Source: Thermoanaerobaculia bacterium (GTDB lineage Bacteria > Acidobacteriota > Thermoanaerobaculia > UBA5066). From it: a stretch of DNA of 64,000 nt. The position numbers and the translations under genes were made by a program. The notes under the pieces were generated by a model. That model was not told the DNA's origin and did no database searches. It worked only from the letters and a program-made list of their open reading frames with translations. Position 1 is the stretch's first letter, and the number at the start of each line of letters is the position of its first letter. Positions 57,270 to 64,000 of this stretch are shown here, piece by piece. Location of the stretch: NCBI GenBank assembly GCA_038245905.1, contig JBBRRY010000004.1:78274-142273 (forward strand). The letters are read 5' to 3'.

Positions 57270-57306
57270 AACGTATGTCCGAGCGTAGCGTAAGTCAAGC
57301 GTAAGT
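57270..57306 (-). promoter_or_regulatory. sigma70-like promoter of imuA with direct-repeat operator
   Basis: TTGACT-17 nt-TACGTT, 6 nt before the GTG start; ACTTACG-N4-ACTTACG at 57289-57306. Confidence 0.75.
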
Positions 57307-57386
57307 TTATGATGCCGCTACTTCATTGAGCGGGCGTGCTCCGGACCGCCAAATAGAATCCCATCACCCCTCGTTAAGGAGCTCAC

Positions 57387-59348
57387 ATGAGTGCGGAAAA
57401 CGCGTCGACGGCGAAGCCCGATCTCGACATTTCCCAGTCGCAGCAGGCGGCCATCGAGAAGCTCGCGAAGGATGAGAACGTCATCCTGCCGCCCATCTGG
57501 ATGGCGCGCGAAGCGGCGATCCGCAACGACGCCATCGAGCGCGCGCACGCCTTCAACGACCCCGACGATTTCTGGGCCGAGAAGGCGAAGGGCATCGACT
57601 GGATCGAGCCCTGGAAGGAAGTCTGCCGCTTCAATCCGCCGACGCACGAGTGGTTCATCGGCGGCAAGCTCAACGCCACGGTCAACTGCATCGACCGGCA
57701 CGTCTACGGTGACAAGCGCAACAAGGCTGCGCTCTTGTGGGTCGGCGAGGACGGCGAAGAGCACGCGTACACCTACAACCGCCTCTACCGCGAGGTGAAC
57801 CGCTTCGCGAACGCGTTGAAGCGCCTCGGCGTCTTGAAGGGCGACCGCGTCATCATCTACATGCCGCTCACGCCCGAAGGCATCGTCACGATGCTCGCCT
57901 GCGCGCGCATCGGCGCCGTCCATTCCGTCGTCTTCGCGGGCATGGGCACCCAGGCCCTGAAGTCGCGCATCGAGGATTGCGGCGCGAAGGTCGTCGTCTG
58001 CACGGACTTCACGTTTCGCCGCGGCAAGAAAATCTCGCTCAAGCCCACGGTCGACGAAGCCGTCCGCGACCTCACGTTCGTCGAGCACGTCGTCGTCCAC
58101 CGCCGCGGCTCGCGGCCCGGCGACGCGCCCTTCACGTTCGAGAGCGAGCGCGAGCACGATTTCTACGACGTCCAGAACGCGCGCGACATCCACTGCACGC
58201 CCGAGCCGATGGACGCGGAGGATCCGCTCTTCATCCTCTACACGTCCGGCACCACGGGGAAGCCGAAAGGCGTCGTCCACACGACCGGCGGCTACATGGT
58301 CGGCGTGAACTATCTCGCGAAGGCCTTCTACCAGATCGGTGAACGCGACATCTACTGGTCCACGTCCGACATCGGCTGGATCGTCGGCCACTCGTTCATC
58401 GTGTACGGACCGCTTTCCGTGGGGGCCACCGTGTTCACGCGCGAGGGCGTGCCCGACTATCCGAACGCCGACGTCACGTGGGAGCTCTGCGAACGCTTCG
58501 GCGTCAACCTCCTGTTCACGGCGCCCACCGCGATGCGCATGTTCATGAGCCACGGGCCCGAGGCGCCCGCACGCTACGACCTTTCACGCCTGCGCCTCAT
58601 CGCGTGCGCGGGCGAGCCGCTGAACCCCGAGGCGCACCTCTGGGCGCAGAGGAACCTGGTCAACCAGTCCGGCGGCATGGTCGTCGACAACTTCTGGCAG
58701 ACCGAAGTCGCCGCTCCCGTGCTCGGCACGCTCCCCACGTTCGAGGCGCGCCCCGGCAAGGTCGGAAAGCCCCTGCCCGGCGTCTTCGCTGACATCGTCG
58801 ACAAGGACGGCAACTCGCTGCCCGACGGCCACGGCGGCCTCCTCGTTCTCCGCCGGCCGCTGCCCTACATGCTCCGCACTGTGTGGGGCGACCACGCGCG
58901 GTACGAGAAATACTGGCAGCAGATTCCCGGCTGTTACACCTGCGGCGACATCGCCGTCCGCGACAAGGACGGCTGGTTCGCCGTCCTCGGCCGCTCGGAC
59001 GACGTCCTCAACGTCGCGGGCCACCGCATCGGCACGGCCGACGTCGAGGGCTCGCTCCTGCGCCACCCCGCCGTCGCCGAGAGCGCCGTCGTCGGCCTTC
59101 CCGACCCGATCAAGGGCGAGCGCATCAAGGCGTTCGTCGTCCTGAAACCCGGCACCACACAGGGCGCGGGCCTCATCGGCAGCCTCAAGGACCACGTGCG
59201 CCAGGATCTCGGACCCATCGCGCAGCCCTCCGACATCGAGATCGTCGCGTCGCTGCCCAAGACCCGCTCGGGCAAGATCGTGCGACGCTTCCTGAAGGCG
59301 AAGGAGATGGGCGAGGACCCAGGCGACCTCTCGACGCTCGCGGACTAG
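57387..59348 (+). CDS. acs: acetate--CoA ligase
   Basis: YTSGTTGKPKG, DIGWIVGHS, GEPLNPEA, WQTE, GRSDDV, PKTRSGKI. Confidence 0.93.
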   Translation: MSAENASTAKPDLDISQSQQAAIEKLAKDENVILPPIWMAREAAIRNDAIERAHAFNDPDDFWAEKAKGIDWIEPWKEVCRFNPPTHEWFIGGKLNATVNCIDRHVYGDKRNKAALLWVGEDGEEHAYTYNRLYREVNRFANALKRLGVLKGDRVIIYMPLTPEGIVTMLACARIGAVHSVVFAGMGTQALKSRIEDCGAKVVVCTDFTFRRGKKISLKPTVDEAVRDLTFVEHVVVHRRGSRPGDAPFTFESEREHDFYDVQNARDIHCTPEPMDAEDPLFILYTSGTTGKPKGVVHTTGGYMVGVNYLAKAFYQIGERDIYWSTSDIGWIVGHSFIVYGPLSVGATVFTREGVPDYPNADVTWELCERFGVNLLFTAPTAMRMFMSHGPEAPARYDLSRLRLIACAGEPLNPEAHLWAQRNLVNQSGGMVVDNFWQTEVAAPVLGTLPTFEARPGKVGKPLPGVFADIVDKDGNSLPDGHGGLLVLRRPLPYMLRTVWGDHARYEKYWQQIPGCYTCGDIAVRDKDGWFAVLGRSDDVLNVAGHRIGTADVEGSLLRHPAVAESAVVGLPDPIKGERIKAFVVLKPGTTQGAGLIGSLKDHVRQDLGPIAQPSDIEIVASLPKTRSGKIVRRFLKAKEMGEDPGDLSTLAD

Positions 59349-59370
59349 GGGATCTGAGCGGTTTGGGGTG

Positions 59371-59906
59371 TCAGCGTCGCTGCCGGTTCCCGTTGTCCAT
59401 GTCTGAGAAGATGAGCCAGCGACCGGCGGCGTCCTTCCGCAACGTCAGCGTGAACTTCCCGTCTTCGAGATCTCCCGCTCGCCGCGCGTACCCGCCGAGG
59501 ACGTAGGCGACGTCTCCCTGCGCGGCGAACGCGAACGCGCGCAGGGCGAGCGGCCCGCCGTGGCCGGCGTAGTGCTTTTCGATCGCGGCGCGCCCTCTCA
59601 CGGCCGGCTGTCCGCCCTGGAGAACGAACCCGTCCTCGGCGAAGAGCCGCGCGAGCCCCGCGGCGTTCTTAGCCCCCAGGCGGTCTCGTAGTCGGTCAGC
59701 ACGCGGGCCAGATCGGAGGGAAGAGCCACGCTCGGCAGATTCGCGGGAGGTGCGGGCAGAGGATCGGATGCTGGAACCGCCGTCACGGGTTCCGTCGCGG
59801 CGGCGCTGCCGGCAACCGTCGCCGCGAGCACGAGAGCGAGCGCGCGTGGCGCCTGATACGAGATGAAGCAGCTCAGGTAGCGGTGGGTGCACATCAGGGT
59901 CTTCAT
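59371..59906 (-). pseudogene. frameshifted exported SnoaL/NTF2-like (DUF4440) protein
   Basis: LARVLTDYETAWG in one frame continues as AKNAAGLARLFAEDG...RWLIFSDMDN in another; the shift is at the C5 run 59673-59677. Confidence 0.75.
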
Positions 59907-60371
59907 TCACTCTCCTTTGGAGGCCGGCCGGGCGATGACCGTCGAAAGCAGCGTGGCAACGAGCTCGCGCCCCATGGGCGAGACGCCGAACACGTCCGCG
60001 CGGGAGACGGTGAGCGTGCGCCCCGACCGGAGCACCTCCGCGCACGCGAGAAATCGCAACGCGGAGGTGGGCCGGAGAAGGTTGATCTTGAATTCCACGG
60101 CCAGAACGTCGTACCCGGGCGGAGCGAGGGAGAACGCCGCGTAACCGCACGCCGAATCGGCCACGCTCGCGAGGACTCCTGCGTGGAGATATCCGTTCTG
60201 CTGGCAGCGCGACGCGTCGAAGGACACGCCGATGTGCACCCGGCCAGGCTCGACGAGCTCGAGCGTCGCGCCGAGCGTCGCCATGAACGTCTGCTTCTCG
60301 AAGCTTGCCCGGACGAGAGCCTCGAAACGGGGATTCTTCGCCGCGAAGGCGGCCCCCGTCTCGTCAGGCAC
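59907..60371 (-). CDS. PaaI family thioesterase
   Basis: QQNGYLHAGV...ADSACG, EFKINLLRP. Confidence 0.9.
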   Translation of the reverse strand: MPDETGAAFAAKNPRFEALVRASFEKQTFMATLGATLELVEPGRVHIGVSFDASRCQQNGYLHAGVLASVADSACGYAAFSLAPPGYDVLAVEFKINLLRPTSALRFLACAEVLRSGRTLTVSRADVFGVSPMGRELVATLLSTVIARPASKGE

Positions 60372-61419
60372 GGCCCAGGCTCGCGAGGTCGATCACGAAG
60401 CGGTAGCGGACGTCGCTTTTCAGCATCCGCTCGTACGCTTCGTTGATCTCCTCGATGGCGATCACCTCGACGTCCGCGGTGATCTTCCGCTCCCCGCAGA
60501 AGTCCAGCATCTCCTGCGTCTCCGGGATTCCGCCGATCATCGAGCCGGCCAGCTTCTTGCTCCCGAAGATCAACGACATGGCGGCGAGGGAAGCGGGGTT
60601 CGGCGGGACACCGACGATCACCATCGCGCCCTCCGTCCGCAGCATCCCGAGATGGGCGTCGAGGTCGTGGGGAACTGAGATCGTGTCGATCAGGAGGTCG
60701 AACCGCCCCGACAGCTTCTTGAACGCGTCGGGCGCGCTCGTGAGCTCGAAGGCGTGGGCCCCGAGCCTCTTCGCGTCCGCTTCCTTGCCTTTCGACCGGC
60801 TGAGCATCGTCACCTCCGCGCCCATCGCGGCCGCGATCTTCACGGCCATGTGGCCGAGGCCGCCGAGGCCCACGACGCCCACGAGTGTGCCCGCGCCGCA
60901 CTTCCATTGCCGGAGGGGCGAGTACGTCGTGATCCCCGCGCAGAGGAGGGGAGCCGCCGCCGAGAGGTCCATTCCCTTCGGGACCTTCACGGCGTAGGTC
61001 TCCTTGACGACGACCTCCTTCGAGTACCCGCCGTACGTCTGCGTCTTGCGGTCCATCTCCGTGCCGTTGTAGGTGAACGCCGCCCCGGCGAGACAGAACT
61101 GCTCGCGGCCGCGCCGGCACGGATCGCAGGTGCCGCACGAGTCCACGAAACAGCCGACCCCTGCCGTGTCGCCCACCCGGAACTTCGTGACGGCGGAGCC
61201 GACCTCGGCCACGCGGCCCACGATCTCGTGGCCGGGGACCATAGGGAACGCGGCCGGACCCCATTCACCGCGGACCTGGTGGATGTCGGAGTGACAGACG
61301 CCGCAGAAGAGGATCTCGATCTTCACGTCGTCCGGCCCCGGCTCGCGGCGAGAGATGGAATGGGGGACGAGGGGAGCTTTCGCGGCGGGCGCCGCCCATG
61401 TGGCTACGTTGGAAGACAT
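60364..61419 (-). CDS. Zn-dependent NADP alcohol dehydrogenase (CAD/YahK-like)
   Basis: CGVCHSD, GHEIVG, four-Cys structural Zn site, GLGGLG, DVRYRFVID. Confidence 0.93.
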   Translation of the reverse strand: MSSNVATWAAPAAKAPLVPHSISRREPGPDDVKIEILFCGVCHSDIHQVRGEWGPAAFPMVPGHEIVGRVAEVGSAVTKFRVGDTAGVGCFVDSCGTCDPCRRGREQFCLAGAAFTYNGTEMDRKTQTYGGYSKEVVVKETYAVKVPKGMDLSAAAPLLCAGITTYSPLRQWKCGAGTLVGVVGLGGLGHMAVKIAAAMGAEVTMLSRSKGKEADAKRLGAHAFELTSAPDAFKKLSGRFDLLIDTISVPHDLDAHLGMLRTEGAMVIVGVPPNPASLAAMSLIFGSKKLAGSMIGGIPETQEMLDFCGERKITADVEVIAIEEINEAYERMLKSDVRYRFVIDLASLGRA

Positions 61420-61435
61420 CGTGGATTCTCCCTTT

Positions 61436-61675
61436 CTACTTGAAAGACTCCGCCGCGCTGGGAGACCAGCCAGCCTCGAGCACCGTGAACGCCACGACGT
61501 GCTTTTCTTTTTCCGCGTCGAGGCCGATGGAGCCGACGGTGCCGACGAACGCCGCTTCCGCCTGAGCGAGGGCCTGCGCGACGGGCGGAACGCTGCAGGT
61601 GCAGGCGCTCGCTTCCGGTGGGCTGGAAGCCAAGGCGACCGCGATCGCGAATGAAAAGAGCGAGAGAGTCCGCAT
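61436..61675 (-). pseudogene. short or truncated exported protein beginning A-C-T-C
   Basis: Signal peptide then ACTC...AAFVGTV (NTR/TIMP-like N-terminus), ending after about 79 aa. Confidence 0.4.
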
Positions 61676-61686
61676 CCGTTCTTCCG

Positions 61687-62097
61687 TCAACGCATGAAAA
61701 GCCGGATCGAGCCGCACACGGAAAGCAGCTGAGGCCCGCCCATGCGGCCGATGATGTTGCGAATCACGGACCCCATGACCTGCTTCGCTCCTGCGAGGCC
61801 GAGGTTCGCCGACTGCTCGACGATGAATCCCGCCTTGGCGAGCTTGAGCGGTTCCAGAAAGTAGCAGTCCATGCCGGCGTGCGCCAGCTCCACGACGACG
61901 TCCGCGAGGGCGTCGCGATGCGCGGCCGCATCCTCGGCCTCCTCGAGAGCAAGAAGAACCGAAAGCGTCTTCTTGCGGAGAGCCTCGGAGTGATAGAAGC
62001 GAAGGAAGGGCTTGGACGGCGGCCCGGACGGTTTTGAAGGCCGTGTTGCCGCCCGCTTCCCTTGCGGAGGAGATCCGCGCTTCGAGGAAGTGGCCAT
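61687..62097 (-). CDS. hypothetical protein
   Basis: 136-aa ORF with RBS-like GGGGA, collinear with neighbouring minus-strand genes. Confidence 0.6.
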   Translation of the reverse strand: MATSSKRGSPPQGKRAATRPSKPSGPPSKPFLRFYHSEALRKKTLSVLLALEEAEDAAAHRDALADVVVELAHAGMDCYFLEPLKLAKAGFIVEQSANLGLAGAKQVMGSVIRNIIGRMGGPQLLSVCGSIRLFMR

Positions 62098-62110
62098 GTC
62101 GGTCGTCCCC

Positions 62111-62593
62111 CTACCCGGGCCCGCTGTTCAGCGCGCCCGCAAACTCCTCTGGAGTGAGGGTCACCGCCTGGGCAAACCCGGCGATGGCGCGAATCGAGGA
62201 TGGCCGTATCGCGAACAGCGAGAAATCGGGCAGCTCGAAGATGTCGAGGGCCTCGGGAAACCGCGCTAGATAGGCCTTCCGGGCAGCAGCGTAGCCGCGA
62301 GCCGATTCCGGGACCTGCTCGGCCCGGCCTTGCACGGTGACGCGGGCCGTGGCCTGCGGAGCTTTGCCAGGGCTTTCCGGCGCGACGACCAGGAGGCTGA
62401 CCGCCGGACTCTCGAGCATGTCCCGCGTGTGGGACGAGAGCTCGCTGACGTGAATGACGAAACCAGATCCCTCCGGAAGAAGTGCAAAAGGAACCATGGA
62501 GACATAGGGCTCGGCTCCGTGAAGAGTCCCCAGGGAGGCGATGCGCTGGCCTTGGAGAAGCTGGCAGAGCGCCTGAGACTGCGCGGCGTTCAT
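62111..62593 (-). CDS. pyridoxamine 5'-phosphate oxidase-like split-barrel protein (HugZ-like)
   Basis: SLGTL...PYVSMVPF...SELSSHT...ARVTVQG...DFSLF..P...GF. Confidence 0.8.
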   Translation of the reverse strand: MNAAQSQALCQLLQGQRIASLGTLHGAEPYVSMVPFALLPEGSGFVIHVSELSSHTRDMLESPAVSLLVVAPESPGKAPQATARVTVQGRAEQVPESARGYAAARKAYLARFPEALDIFELPDFSLFAIRPSSIRAIAGFAQAVTLTPEEFAGALNSGPG

Positions 62594-62641
62594 GAAAGGA
62601 GTATAGCCACACCGGCGTCCCCTCCGCGGCAGGGGCGGGCT

Positions 62642-63091
62642 CTAGGTCGGGCGGTGCCCCGCGGCGCCGACTTCGAGCCGGAGGGCCTTGAGGGAAAAGT
62701 TGACGTCCCTGATGAACAAGACGAGTGAGCCGATCAGCGACGCCAGGCACGACGCGAACAGTCCCACGACAGGCGCCGCAAGAGACAGCCCGATCAGGGT
62801 GCTGACGAAGAGGACGATGATGAGTACAGCTGCAAGAAGGACGCTGACCGAAGCCGCAGCGATTGCGCCTCGAACGATACGCGCCCGCGTGAGAAGGATG
62901 TCCAGCTGTGCGAGAGCAGACTCGCGCTCGGAAGACTGGGCTGATCGGAGCTCCCGCGAGAGTTGCCGCGTGCGATCGATGATGCGGCCGAAGCGGTTCG
63001 TCATCGTGAGGAGCAGCAGGCCTACGCCCGAGATGAGAATGACGGGTCCGATTGCGACTTGAAGGATTGGAAGGAGATCGGGGAAATGCAT
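62642..63091 (-). CDS. DUF2721 family membrane protein
   Basis: AIGPVILISGVGLLLLTMTNRFGRIIDRTR...FIRDV pattern. Confidence 0.75.
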   Translation of the reverse strand: MHFPDLLPILQVAIGPVILISGVGLLLLTMTNRFGRIIDRTRQLSRELRSAQSSERESALAQLDILLTRARIVRGAIAAASVSVLLAAVLIIVLFVSTLIGLSLAAPVVGLFASCLASLIGSLVLFIRDVNFSLKALRLEVGAAGHRPT

Positions 63092-63177
63092 GATGGTTGA
63101 CGCTGCCCGAGGGGCGCGCCTCAAGCTCCCTGCGGGACGCCACTGCGGGCGTAAGGCCGGATGAAAGTCGTCATGGC

Positions 63178-63237
63178 CCCTGACGATATCAAGTCCGGTG
63201 GCGAGCGCAGCGAGTCCGCCGCAGCGCTTTGTTAGGG
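63178..63237 (-). mobile_element. integron attC site, R' degenerate
   Basis: Minus strand CCCTAAC-AAAGCGCTGCGGCGGACTCGCTGCGCTCGCCACCGGACTTGATATC-GTCAGGG; the mazF TAA stop lies in the inverse core. Confidence 0.75.
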
Positions 63238-63585
63238 GGCGCCCAGACCGAGGACTAGCCGAAGGCCGTGAGCAACAGTTTCCAGAGTTGTCGTGCGGAG
63301 CCTGCCTGCGCGAGAGCGAAGGAGAGAGCGATCGAGGGTGAACAGCTGCGATACATTGACGACCGAGGCCTTGCGAAGGCCTGCCTCTCCTTTTGAAAGC
63401 GGGACATTACCCGGAGCCTCTGCCAGACGGAGGTTTGAGGTGATGGCAGCGACGAGTACGGTGGCAATAGCACTGCGGTTGAACGCGTTGGCCTGAACGA
63501 CAAGTACAGGACGCGTACCCCCCGGGCCTGAGCCCACCGGATCCGGCAGGTCAACCCACCAGACCTCGCCGCGAGCTACTTCCAT
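63232..63585 (-). CDS. mazF: MazF/PemK family toxin
   Basis: RGEVWWVDL..P.GS.PG..RPVLVVQ..FN, ITSN, SVVNVSQL. Confidence 0.92.
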   Translation of the reverse strand: MEVARGEVWWVDLPDPVGSGPGGTRPVLVVQANAFNRSAIATVLVAAITSNLRLAEAPGNVPLSKGEAGLRKASVVNVSQLFTLDRSLLRSRAGRLRTTTLETVAHGLRLVLGLGAP

Positions 63586-63815
63586 GACTCAGAACCGAGG
63601 GCGCGTAGCTGCAGGCCCTTGAGGGCCGGGTCGAGTTTGGAAGGCTCTGACGAATAGACGCGATCGAGGCTCGCCGTTACAGCGTCATCACTGTGTCGGG
63701 CCAGGTACTCCTTGAGGGCGGAAGCATATAGCTCGCTTCTTGAGAGGCGAAAACGAGAAGCGTGCCGTTCGCCGGCCTTGAATATGGAGTCCGGGAGGGA
63801 GATGGCTGTCTTCAT
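63576..63815 (-). CDS. RHH antitoxin (ChpI-like)
   Basis: MKTAISLPDSIF...SRSELY..AL..YL; overlaps the toxin start. Confidence 0.85.
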   Translation of the reverse strand: MKTAISLPDSIFKAGERHASRFRLSRSELYASALKEYLARHSDDAVTASLDRVYSSEPSKLDPALKGLQLRALGSESWK

Positions 63816-63823
63816 ACGGCAAA

Positions 63824-63852
63824 AGTATAACTGCGGTTATACCGCTCGTCAA
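63824..63852 (-). promoter_or_regulatory. toxin-antitoxin promoter with inverted-repeat operator
   Basis: TTGACG-17 nt-TATACT; inverted repeat GTATAAC-CGCA-GTTATAC overlaps the spacer and -10. Confidence 0.8.
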
Positions 63853-63855
63853 GCC

Positions 63856-63942
63856 GCCCAACGATATCAAGTTCAGCGGCGAGCGCAGCGAGATGGGATG
63901 AGAAGGCCGGTCTCCCCAACGCAGTCGGAAAATCCGCTGCAA
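63856..63942 (-). mobile_element. second attC-like site (core intact, inverse core missing, longer loop)
   Basis: Minus strand TTGCAGCGGA...CTCGCTGCGCTCGCCGCTGAACTTGATATC-GTTGGGC; shares CTCGCTGCGCTCGCC and ACTTGATATCGT with the first site. Confidence 0.65.
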
Positions 63943-64000
63943 GGACATCACGGGCTCGAGGCCCAGAAGGGAGACCGGCCGTGGAGAAGCGTAGCACCGG

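Noticed and set aside
62594-62641. Possible third attC site between the DUF2721 and PNPOx-like genes
   Set aside because: Only a short GC hairpin; no RYYYAAC/GTTRRRY boxes.

Overview
A high-GC (roughly 68-70% by eye) bacterial chromosome segment. The gene set (kdsB, lolA, a possible outer-membrane barrel protein, a Rieske/cytochrome b complex) indicates a diderm; Acidobacteriota (Thermoanaerobaculia-like) is plausible but is inference only. In order: a housekeeping block (pyrG, kdsB, polyprenyl synthase, yajQ, lolA, purH, recA, pgpA, murB, MoxR-DUF58-transglutaminase); a sigma54/PAS-regulated redox island (monoheme cytochrome c, Rieske protein, cytochrome b fused to a nine-CxxCH multiheme domain, NfnA-NfnB fused to a Cys-rich and ferritin-like tail); a glycosylation cluster; the rpmF-plsX-fab operon interrupted by a BrnT/BrnA-like toxin-antitoxin pair; two tandem M28 peptidases; a split imuA-imuB...dnaE2 mutasome; acs; and an accessory tail with degenerate integron attC sites around a mazEF-like cassette. 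Three signals stand out. (1) An AT-rich motif TTC(T/A)AAG(A/C)AA is present in 14 exact copies, often as inverted pairs and mostly inside protein-coding sequence. (2) A direct repeat ACTT(A/G)CG-N4-ACTT(A/G)CG overlaps the -35 box of both the imuA and dnaE2 promoters. (3) The redox island has an unusual fused architecture.
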